NCBI GenBank assembly: GCA_044892525.1
Contig: CM097886.1
Location: forward strand, 121,334,001-121,398,000
Length of the DNA stretch: 64,000 nt
Source of the DNA: Schmidtea polychroa
Taxonomy: Eukaryota
Direction of reading: 5' to 3'
Below the pieces are notes generated by a model. The model saw nothing but the letters and a program-made list of their open reading frames with translations. It was not told the DNA's origin and made no database searches. Made by a program: the position numbers and the translations under genes. This document shows, piece by piece, positions 44,522 through 55,770 of this stretch (position 1 is the stretch's first letter; the number at the start of each line of letters is the position of its first letter).

Positions 44522-45071
44522 TGTCATTCTGCATGCTTCTACTTCTCTTTCTCCTCTTTTACTCTAAATTATCATTTTCTCTCTCTCTACTTTTAATTTG
44601 TCGACTTAATCTTTGCCGCTTGAGAGTGTTTCCCCTTTCCCCCCTTGCTCAAAACGCACGACGATCGCGAAGATCCATTTCTACATTGGCATGGTGATCA
44701 GTCACACGGCAGAAACTTCTCATCATTTGCGATGGTACCCCGCCCTACGCTCCTTACTTAGGTTGATCGGTTATCCCCTCCCAATTGGTCTTCCTCATGA
44801 TAGAACGTACCGCCCGAAGGTGGCTCGGTTTGTACCCTTACAGCCTATATTGGGACTAACTCCACATTAGTTTATTTTTCTTTTCGTTTGATTCAAAAAT
44901 TAAAAATAGAAATAAAAACAATAAGCACTCAGTTCACAACCAAATTTTATTCACCATAAAATAAATAAAAATTCAAGCTTTAATAGTATTTCACACAAAA
45001 ACTACATTTATTCATATTCAATCGTCCATATTAATTCGATGTTCATAGGTGTTATTGTATCTTTAGTAATT

Positions 45072-45614
45072 TCATTCACCATAATAAACCATATGAGTTT
45101 CCTTTATCTCATACTTGCATATCGTACATCGTTTCAACTCGTTCACGCATTCTTCACAGTGACTGAGGTGTCCACAAGGCAAGAACAGTACGCGAATAGG
45201 GCGAAGTTTGCAACACAGACAGGATCGTAATCTAGTGACTTTTTCCTGGATCTTTTGTTCGATTATGTCGGTTATAGTATCTAATTGATCTCGTATTCGA
45301 TGATATTCTAGATTTAATGCAGGGTGTCTCAATCTTTCCTGATACCACTGATATATGGTTTCGTGATTTACTTTACCATCTGTACGACTTAGGCCTATGG
45401 CTAGTAATATATGGTTAGGTACGACTGGTGCTTGTCCCATTGTTTGTAGTTGTATGCTCTTAATTCTCTCTCTTTTGTGTATGAGTGTTTTTATAGGGTC
45501 GTTTTCTATATCGATGAAGTTGATTAATTGTTGAATCTGTTCTGCGAATTCCTTCATGTCTATTGGGAAAAGAAAATATCTTAATAGTATACAACTAATT
45601 AATGGTTGTTTCAT
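45072..45614 (-). CDS. IAP/Mdm2-type C-terminal RING protein between the PBS and gag
   Basis: CLCCKLRPIRVLFLPCGHLSHCEECVNELKRCTICKYEIKETHMVYY at the extreme C-terminus; no BIR recognised; ATG at 45614 or 45557; AATAAA at 44946-44951. Confidence 0.85.
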   Translation of the reverse strand: MKQPLISCILLRYFLFPIDMKEFAEQIQQLINFIDIENDPIKTLIHKRERIKSIQLQTMGQAPVVPNHILLAIGLSRTDGKVNHETIYQWYQERLRHPALNLEYHRIRDQLDTITDIIEQKIQEKVTRLRSCLCCKLRPIRVLFLPCGHLSHCEECVNELKRCTICKYEIKETHMVYYGE

Positions 45615-45867
45615 CAAACATTTTCCTTTTTAAATCGTTATAATTTATTTTACTTTATCTTATTTCCCCATTATTGAATTTACTTTATTATATCTTTAAT
45701 TTTATTATATTCTAATCATAATTTTATAATAAGATTCGATGAGCATCAGTCAATTTGCACTCGCCAATCAATTAAAATCAATAATCCCGGTAAATTCACA
45801 CTATTCAACAAAATCCCAATCAATATCCCGGTGGAGTTCACACTAGTTAATGGAAATTTCAATCTAG

Positions 45868-45885
45868 ATCCCGGCTGAGCCCCCA
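45868..45885 (-). promoter_or_regulatory. Primer-binding site, tRNA-Pro-like
   Basis: TGGGGGCTCAGCCGGGAT is 16/18 identical to the classic tRNA-Pro PBS TGGGGGCTCGTCCGGGAT; 7 nt from the LTR end. Confidence 0.85.
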
Positions 45886-46446
45886 AAAATCATGTTGGGG
45901 CACTACTCGGTTGACCACCCTTAGTTCAACTTTCTAGCCTAGGGGATGAACGCCCGTTACGATTATACCTGTCATTACTGTGTCACCCCGAGCAGGGCCC
46001 GTACATAATCTATACTCCAACATAGCACCCGTGAATTGCTTCACGTTGGAACTGTGCTATGATGGCGAGGTGCCAGTGAGCAGGTGAGCCACCTCCTTCG
46101 GACTACTCCTCACTGAGACCCCGACTTCCTAACCCTGACTGCCGATAGAAGGACTTACGTCTACACATTCTGTCACCCTGTCGCCATACCCTTGGTTTGG
46201 ATTGCAAATTGAACAATACTCCTCGAATCTCAAAAACCTCAATGCTATTTACCACTCAATGTTAAATCCCTTATGAACGAAAAACAAAACCCGTATACAG
46301 ACAAAAATTGTTTATTTCAAACATTGCAATACAGGCGCGTCGTAATTTATACATCAGAATTAAAATAAGAGAAAACACAAGGACAGGAAACGATATTAGT
46401 TGATTCAGGACTCTCCGACGGATGAGGTCATCTCACGGGAAAATCC

Positions 46447-47196
46447 TCATTTTTCCCACTCGGAGTCGGCGAGTAACTCGTCCAAATCGAAGAATTCGGA
46501 GGCGTTTTCCTCCCACGTCACCCCAGCGGCAGATATGATCCGCCCTAGTGTTCTTGTTGTTAGGTCAATTACAGCAGGGACGTTATTGACATTACTCCCG
46601 AGGTCCGGCAGTTGCTTGGGCTGCTTCGCAGCTATTCGCTCACGCTGTTTCCTTTTGCGTTCAGCCCTTGATAGCTGCCGACGCTTTGGCTTGTTGGTCG
46701 ATGAATTGTTTGGGGCTACCGCCGATGTAGAGGCGACGTTAGGCAGTACCCGACTATTTCCAACAAAAACCACCTCTAGTTGGTCTGGCGAGAGTTGTGT
46801 TTCTACGCACGGCCGGCAAGGTTTTTTCGAAGGGAGCGACGATTTGGCAGAAGTATTATGGTGGGCCGGAAAGAGATTGTCGGCTTCACCGATGGGAATT
46901 TTCACTATCTTTCTAGTTGCCGCGGCCTGGATGTACACTTTATGCAGCGCCTCGGACTGCTCCTTGATCAAACTTCTTTGGGCACGACTCTCGGAGATTA
47001 GAGCGTCCCGGCAATGTTCACTTCGGTGTAATTTCTTTTGGGTCTCTTTCATCTGGGCGGGACTAAACCATGTCCCCTCTAACTCGTCTATCTTCTTTTT
47101 GTACCGTCCGATCTGGGTCTGCAGGTCCTTGATTATCGCGTTCTTGTCGGAACAAGAAAAACAGGGTCTGAGGACGGTTTTTGCAGTGGGTAACAT
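46447..47196 (-). CDS. LTR-encoded 249-aa protein, 5' LTR copy
   Basis: Same ORF as 20902-21651 with two amino-acid changes (P/A, E/D). Confidence 0.7.
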   Translation of the reverse strand: MLPTAKTVLRPCFSCSDKNAIIKDLQTQIGRYKKKIDELEGTWFSPAQMKETQKKLHRSEHCRDALISESRAQRSLIKEQSEALHKVYIQAAATRKIVKIPIGEADNLFPAHHNTSAKSSLPSKKPCRPCVETQLSPDQLEVVFVGNSRVLPNVASTSAVAPNNSSTNKPKRRQLSRAERKRKQRERIAAKQPKQLPDLGSNVNNVPAVIDLTTRTLGRIISAAGVTWEENASEFFDLDELLADSEWEK

Positions 47197-49284
47197 GTCT
47201 GCTAGCTAAGAAGAATAATAACACTAAATGGGATAGATCAAATTTAGAAAATCATCATTTTTCGCCACCATTCGTTAATCAATATTAGACATTTTTACAG
47301 GAAAAGAAAAACGGATTATTTATCAAGAGGGATTTCCTATGCCATCAACCTATGTGTACTCTGGGTGTTTATTCACTAGAAAATCAACTGATAACATTAG
47401 GCTTTACTTAACGAAGGTTGTACATCATTGTTAAAGAAAATGAAAATTACATGTTTAAGAGGAATTATTGATGACGGAAATTTTTCTTGAAGAGGGTAAA
47501 TAGCATTGAAAATTCAACCCGAACTAAATAATTACTAAGTGAAAATTTAGCTAATCATTATAATGATTTTATAGATAATTAGATAAGTTGGTTTTAATTC
47601 ATCATTAAGTAAAAATATTAAATTTTTGCAGTTCCAGTAATAGACTTGGATTAATTGAGTTGCATTTTGTTTGTATTTTATTTAGGCTTTCGATTATATT
47701 GTCTATAATTTATTATAATTTTGTTTTCAAATCTCACATTTATTTACTATTTTAAAATTAATTATTGAGTTGTTGGTGACTCGTGTTATCATCACTCATG
47801 TCTAGTGCTTTCGGTAAATAGCCGAGATTTTTATCTGACACACCCGGTGGACTTTTCTCAAGTTAGCCGTTCGCGGTGAAATATCTACTATCGGGTTAGA
47901 TGACTATGCAATCTCAAGGAACGTATCACCTGGAAGATAGACTCGTAGAATTATGGCTAGTGATATCCGTGTTATTATTGGTGAGCACCAGCATGTGGAC
48001 TTTGGCTATTAGAACTTGCAATGTGTGCATTTACACATGTGTGCGGGTACTCACTTCGTGAGACTCTTATCCTATTTGGCAGCTTGCATGAATCATCAGA
48101 TGTTATATTACACCGTGTTGAATTTCTATCTCTCGTGGAAATTTTGCATAGGCAGATTTTGCGTACCGCTATTACTGGATGTAATTCGTTTCGTAGACAA
48201 ACTGGTCAACTATTCAAGCTATAATTTCTACTCCCCTCATGGATTTTATCATCATCAACATGCCCACTGTCTATATCGAGTTGGAAATTTATTAACTATC
48301 GCTGGAAATACAATTCGACGAAATGCGGATATTCCATCATCCTCTGTGACATCTCTAAGACTCGGATTTTATTCCCATGGAGGGTCTATCGGATCAGTTA
48401 CCTCCCATCCTAACTTTGCATCAGTTGCCACAAACGTTTGGTATTCGATATACAAGGGAATGACATGTTTGATTGTTTTTATAAATACATTTTTCCTGAC
48501 TAGATTCATTATTATTTTATGGTTTATTATTTTTGAGAACTATTTGTTTGTCACAATTCACCACAAGTAGGTTTTTAGAGAGACGCAGCAAAGTTGATTG
48601 CACGTGATGGATATAGATGATGAAAGTAGCAGTTATGAAGATCCTTAGGCTGAAGGTTTCAGGAATAATTTCGAGTGGAATCATGAACGCAGATAATATG
48701 CTACAAATGATGTCCAGACTGATTTAACGGAAAATCCTGTATAGATCTTCAGATGATAGTACCAATTTCAATTTGATAAAGACAATAGTATGACGCCCTC
48801 AATCACTGTGCGAACTCTCGAACAAGATTTTTCCTCATATGACATCACTTCCCATTGCTTGATAGTTACCATCTCTCTACAGTATTGTTCACATATTTTA
48901 GTCGCATCTTCAGCGACGGACCCGTGAGGAAGCCCCCACATTACGGCCCGAATCAGCTGCGTGATTGAAAATCGCCATGTCCACCGGCTGAGCTCCCGAA
49001 GGCACCTCATACCATGACATGGAGTTTCTCAACGCCACGTTTCTCGGAAATTTATAATCATTAAATAATAATGCATGAAAATCAATCAGGTATCGAATCG
49101 AATAAATGGTTACTCGAAATTTACGTCGATTGTTAACTGTTTGATAATATCTCCTGGTTTCTAGATTGATTCTCGTACGCTGCTGCTGTTTACCTGTAAA
49201 GTTGGTTGTTTAACTGTAACTGTTAAAATTTATCTTACCTGTAAAGTTGGTTGTTTAACTGTAAGTTTATAATTTTTGTGTTTC

Positions 49285-49318
49285 CTTATATATTAATTTT
49301 TGATGTGTGCGGACCAAT
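49285..49318 (-). promoter_or_regulatory. Candidate LTR promoter: CCAAT box (49314-49318) and TATATAAG (49292-49285)
   Basis: Motifs read directly (also 23768-23772 and 23739-23746 in the 3' LTR); a 30-bp direct repeat with 45-bp period lies just downstream. Confidence 0.5.
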
Positions 49319-50039
49319 CAGAATTGAGTGCCGCTTAATTTTATTGCTTTAATTTATTTTTCTTGTTTTTGAGTTATTTTTTCCTATTTTCTTTATTTTT
49401 ATTGTGTTTTTTATTTATTTTCTTTAATTTCTTTATTATTTACTACATTTTACGTTATTTTTTGTCATTCTATTGTCCTATTTCAATTTTCCTTATTTTT
49501 ATATTTTTTGTTTTAACTCTTATTTTCTAATTTTTTATTTTTCTTATATCCTATTCTATTTTATTCTTAAATTTGTTTTGTTTTATTTTTATTTTAATTT
49601 AATTATGTTTAACCTAATTTCTTGGATACCCTTCGACTCAGCCCAACAGAATTTTAAATTTCTAATGAATTCGCCTTGGGTTAAAAACCGATCTTTATTT
49701 TATAATCTTTATAATCAAAACTTGTAGTTGTTATATGGAACCTTTATATACTACACGACCTTTTTCTTTAATTTAGAATTTTTCCGATTTCTTTAATATT
49801 GTACTGATATATCAACTAACGTTGTAAGTTTTCTTTTCCTTTTATAACAATTCCGCGAATAACTTCTTAATTGGTGTTTGATTTCGTATTATTTATTTTA
49901 TGATTTATTTTTTCGACTTTTTGTAATTCTCTAATTATTCAGAGAATTATTCTATATAGTACTATTTTAATTTTATAGTATCCTAAAAAAAATAATATTA
50001 AGAATAACTTTATAATGTTATTCCTATTACAATTACATA

Positions 50040-50625
50040 ATTATTACAACAAACAAAATATAATAAAACAGTACACTCCTTTAAAACCGGTAGCGTTTCT
50101 TGTGTTCTTGTATGATTGTTGAGTTTTTGTTGGTTTGAAATTTGTTGTTAGGAGGGTTGTGTTATTTGGTTGTTGTAATGATATGGTTTTAATCTGCGAA
50201 TGTTTATTTGTTATTTATTAAGTGTGCCCAAGTTTTTGTTTAGCTTGATTAGTTTGTAGGGGCCTTCGTATTTTGATTCGAAACTGCTAGTGTACGGTTT
50301 TTTTATTAAAACTGAATCGACGATTAGGTTAGGTTGTTTACTTTTGTCGTCTTTGTTTTTAAAGTGTTCTTGATACGTTTAAATGTGTTTTAATTTTGTC
50401 CTCAAGCTTTTCTTTGTGTTTTCAACTTTTTCTATTAGGTTTGGGAGGTTTTGTCCGAAAGTTAATTGACTTGGGCATTTATTGTTTATCGACGAAGGGT
50501 TATTTCGTAATTCGATTAGGATCTCTGGAAGTTTTTCTAACCAGTTTCTGTCATTGGCTTTAGTTCTAATTTCTTGTTTTAAAGATCTCTATAATCTTTC
50601 TATTTTGCTATTTGACTGTAAACGG
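50040..50625 (-). mobile_element. Decayed gypsy integrase C-terminal relic (older element)
   Basis: Minus strand reads QSNSKIERL*RSLKQEIR...NWLEKLPEILIELRNNP...PSQLTFGQ and later KYEGPYKLIK (GPY/F). Confidence 0.7.
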
Positions 50626-53600
50626 TAATTGGAAAGAAAGTAAAATTTCAATTCATTTTGATTATCTCAAAAATTTAAATTGGCGAGAAAACATTTAACA
50701 ATAACTGAAATTTTTTCGGGCCCGATTTAAGATAATAAAAATCAATAAAATAAGAAAAGACAAACAAATGATTTATTCAGTCCAACTCATTAGTAAAAAT
50801 ACCGATGTTACTCCTTCAACGTCATGATAATGCAACCTTTTAACAAGTTTCACCACTCCCTCGTTAGCGTGAAATATTTCCCCTTCGCACAACACTCCGA
50901 GTATCGGAACTGTAGGAAAGAATGCAGAAAACATTTCGTATTCTGTAACCGGGGGAGAATCGTTATCTAATTTTATTTCGATTTCTTTGCGAAGAAAACA
51001 AGAAAAAATCAAAACGCATTGATATTTGATTTTACTCGATTTAATTAATTCCTCATTTCTTTCCTTTAAACTGAGAAAAGCCTAAAATTATTGATTTTTA
51101 TTTCCCAACTTTAAAAATCTGACAAAACCTGTTTTATTGAACTGGAATCGTTGCGATCTTCTGGGAATACGCATTTATCTATGTGTAAATTATCGCCGCT
51201 TAAAGCAATGGAAACGTGTAAAAGTCTGGAGAGAGAGAAAATTAAAAAAGCAACATTTATCATCGTACCAACTTTTCGAAAGCTCCTGTACAATGATTAA
51301 ATAACCCTATCGAATTCACAAGGCCACCAGCGTAATAAACGGGATTCTCGATATTTGGATAATCTTCGAATATTTTAGTACGATAACTGTCTTTGGCAGT
51401 GCTAACCTGGGTAGAAATGTTCCATTAATTTGTTGCTATAATTTTATAAAATGTGCAATTTCAATTTCATTCCGGAGTTTTAGAATAGGAATGTTGTTTG
51501 CATTAAATTTGGTATATTTCTTATTTTCTTTCTACCTAATATGTACTTACTTTGGTTATTTTGTTACACCAGCTTTCATAAATTGCATGCAACAGGAACA
51601 CATTTTGGGAAAGTTTGTAATTTAAAAGTTGTATTTTTTATTAAATTAAAATTTTTTTAATGAAATAAAATTGTCGTATTTATTATGAATTTCGTTGCAT
51701 TTATGATTGATTTATTAAATTATTAAATTGATTATTAAATTTTTATTTAAATACATATTTTTAAATGTCTCCGAAAATAATTTCAGGAAGAATTTTTAGT
51801 GATTGTAATAAATTTCAATAAATACTTTTATTCATTTCTAAATACGTTTAACTCAGAACGTTCTAAATAATTTAACTTAAAATTTATTAATCCCATTCGC
51901 GTTTTGATGTTTCTCTACATTTTCCATAATTTCCTTAATCTATTATCGTTTATCAAATTTCCTCAAGATTAAATCGATAATTTTATTAAATGAATTATAA
52001 TTTAAATTGGTGCTCTTCTACATGCGGAAAGATTGAATGTAAATAAAATCAATAAATATGTCAGTTATAAATGTCAATGTTAGGATAGATCAAGTGGACT
52101 AAGATATTTGATTATAACACAGAAACTTCTATATCTGACCCCAAAGATAAAATTTCTGGCGTGTAGGTATATTAGATTAGGTATATTATGGTTTATATTG
52201 TTGGAGTTAGTACAAAAACAAAAATATTATATATATTATAATTAATAACAAATATTGGTAAAATCAATAAAAGTGCACAATTAATTAAAATTTACTAAAA
52301 ATCAAAAATTAATATTCAAACAGTATAAAAAGGAGCTCAGAAACAGACAAGCCACCAGTTGGTATAAGAAACAAAGAGAATCATGCGATCAATGAACGAA
52401 ATATCGTAATTGAAAAAAAGTTTAATCCTCGTACCAGAAAGTGATTGCCTCTCGGGTTATCTACCAAAACGAGTAATATTTATATTGAGCAAAAGGTGCA
52501 AATATAGTGACAAATTGTAATTTGATTGAAATTGAATAAAATTATTCTGTGTTGGGTTTCGACTTATTTGTTAGAATAAGAACATGAGAAGTCAGAGAAA
52601 ATAGATTTGAAAAATAAAACCCAACAAAATTAAGAAAACAAGATATTATTTTGTACAACAACTACAATGTATTTAATTTGTTACACCCAAAAATGCTGAT
52701 TTTCACTCTAAATATAGAAATCGGATATTAGAACCGTCCTCAGAATAATGCCAAACTACTGGTTTATCACAGCGCTGATCTAAGGTGAAAGGAACAAGAA
52801 GGGATATTTCCGAAATTTACGCGATCGTTTCCTATGATATGCCCTCTCAGATTTTAATTCCTAGCAGGTAAATCAACTGATATAATTGATACCCGTGGAC
52901 GGGTTATATTTTTTTTAATAAGTTTAATAAAATTGGTAAATAACTACAGTTAATACCTTTTTGAATTATTTCGTTCTATTTCGAATTCAGATTAGCAAAG
53001 CTAAATTGCAAATTTGCTACTGGATTTATTCTCCGGTCGTTTTCAAATCTTCTGATATTTATGGTAACTTTTTCTCCAGCTGTTGTTTTCCTTATTCAGA
53101 ATTATAACTACACTTATACCAAAATAAAATCAATATTGATTATTGACTTTCTCTCTGTACTTCTCTCCACTAAAATATCTCAATTAATTAATATTAAATT
53201 TTAAATCTATATTTATTATTTTTGGTAATTATATATCACTATATATAAATTACCATATTTAACTTATTTCTAACTTTAGTAAATAATTTGTACTAATTAT
53301 ATAATTTTTCTATTTATAGTAATTATTTACTTATTTATAGTATTTATTAATTTCGAAATATAATCCCCTTATGGCTACTATTTTTACTAACATAAACCCC
53401 AACACCAATAATGTTTGTCCCCAGTGTATATTTTATTATTGCGAATTATGGTGTATATGTTTGTATTTTATTTTTCTCACCAAAATTATATTCCTGCTCC
53501 TCTACAGTAAATGACTGTAAGTCCACCATAATTTTCGTCTTTATTTCAAGTAGATGTGTATATTTTTTATATATAAATTAATTATATCTTAAAATATACC

Positions 53601-54140
53601 GTTATTTGTACATTTATACAAAACAAATTTAAGAAAATAAGCTGATAAAAAAGTCTAAGCAAATTTTTAGGTGAACACTGGAATCTTGGTGTTTGTAATC
53701 TTGGAAAGAATATGAAAAGAAAGACCGATGAATATTAACTCGTTGAATAATGATGAATGAATTGAAATAAACAAACTGAAGTTCTATGTCAAGTAAAAAT
53801 ATAAAAACAGTCAAGTCACTTGACCTATCACCACTCAAGTTAGCAGTTTTTCCATCGTTGAATAGTACATTTTTCATTTTTATTAATACATATTTAATTT
53901 AGAAGCTCGCCAAGTTTATTCCCAGATATTTCAAGGAAATGAGGAATCAGCAATCGAAACTCAAGGAAATCGTTAATTTAATTTTTTAATTAATTTTATT
54001 AATATTACTATAGATTTTTTTTATCGAAGATTGTGCAGTGATCACGGAGAATGAATATCTCTTGTATATGTCAAACATTTTCGAAATAGTAATTGTTTGA
54101 ATTTTCTTTATCTTTTAAAATTTATTTTTAGAACATTTAA

Positions 54141-54960
54141 ATGAAAACATTAACGCATTATAAGCCAGAGTTTGTGACCAAGAAGTGGCTTTGTTACACT
54201 TGTCTTGCAACATCTCACATATTTAGAGAATGTGAAAAACCGAGCTTTTGTAAGGATAGAGATTGTACTCATAATTTGCTCCATGACTATTTAGAGGACA
54301 AAATTGATGGAAATCAAGAGCCAAGCACTGAAAACACATCAGTTATGACTGTTCAAGATATAGAGCCAGAAGATGTATGTTCCTTTCCGAACTATTACGG
54401 CAAAGTTAATTATTAAAGGGAAAGAGATCAAAATCAACGCATTGCTAGACGACGCAAGCAATGTTAGTTATATTAGCGGCGCAAGAACTGGGTGTTGGAG
54501 GACAGTAGCAAAGCACTTCAGTTGGCGTAATTGGTGGACAATCACAAATTTTGGAAACGAAGCCAATAAGTATTATTGGCAAGCAATAATAACAATCTGA
54601 AAGTAAATTTGAACGCCTTGGTGGTAAAAAAAGGTCACTGGAGACCTGGAAATGTGTAACTGGAGAAAGTTATCGACGAAATGGAAGCATCTGAGATATC
54701 TAGACTTCCCAATTTTGAATACAAGGACGCAGATAGATGTATTGATTGGCGATGACTACCCATATCTACATCGATCTATTCGAGAAGTAAAAGGAGCAAA
54801 ACGTGAACCAGTTACGAGGTTGACGTACCCTGGATGGACATGTCTTCGTAGGATCAACAGAAATCAAGCTCCAAGATGTTCAAATTTGGTACAGAGGTAT
54901 ATTGCGGAAATTGAAAATTTAAATGACGAATTACGGGCATTTTGGGAAATTGGATTATTC
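54141..54960 (+). mobile_element. Decayed BEL/Pao retrotransposon (gag Cys-His and protease region)
   Basis: LCYTCL..SH..REC....C....C.HNLLH; INALLDDASNVSYIS; WKHL..LDFP...IDVLIG.D; LRAFWEI; frameshifted. Confidence 0.75.
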
Positions 54961-55770
54961 TTTATTATGACTTTAATCATTATGGTAGCAGAGCGTGGTT
55001 CTGGTTATCCAACCAGAACAAGATATCACATAATTATTGTATAATTGATATTTTGTACTGTGTACTTTTCAAAACATTATGTAATTTTTTCTCGGTTAAC
55101 GGAACATTTCCCCTAGCGCCTGCCCTTTCGAAAAATTATAAAAATAAATTAAAAGAGATTAGGGCAAATATTTTATTTTTTTTCAATCTTTAAAATTGGT
55201 TCAAATTAAATGAAAACTTTACCATATTAAACTAAATTATAATTATTGTTGCATTATATCACCAATATTTTTTTTAATAAAAAAAATTTCTTTGTCTTAA
55301 TCATAAAAGCTCCATATCGTCACATTTTATCTTCCAATATGTTATTGAGGAATGATTTTTCAAGATTGCTGTAAACTTTGTTTATGTATTTTCAGCAAAA
55401 GCTCGTATTGGTTACAAGTTTTATATAGCTGTCATATAAATATGACACTGGTAATTAGCGTTATTAAAATGTATGTCCTATGTACGTTATGAAATTTAAT
55501 ATAAATACAAAAATGATTTTTATATTTCCTAAATGTTTAATTAATTAAATTCAATTATGCTGCATATTGTATATGAATTTGTATGTCTTTAAATTTTGGA
55601 ACGAATTATTTGTATTTATAATATTTTTTATATTTGTTTATTACGGTTTGCATAAAAAGTTTTATATTTTATCATATTTGAAATAAATTAATTCAAATTA
55701 GGTAACTAAACTTTTTTTCTTTTTGTACTTTCTACAACTGAGTTAATTTATTGTTTCGCCGTATCATAGA

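Larger units (their letters stand above)
20348..49648 (-). mobile_element. Giant (29,301 bp) Ty3/gypsy LTR retroelement with envelope-like glycoprotein and captured host-like genes
   Basis: LTR pair with TGTTGGG...CCCAACA ends; 4-bp TSD GAAT (20344-20347 and 49649-49652); PBS; PR-RT-RH-IN order. Confidence 0.97.
45893..49648 (-). repeat. 5' LTR (3,756 bp)
   Basis: Direct repeat of 20348-24102, followed on the minus strand by the PBS. Confidence 0.97.

Noticed and set aside
50773-51400. Possible DNA-transposase relic (HANEGVVKLVK)
   Set aside because: A single weak motif in broken frames; family not assignable.
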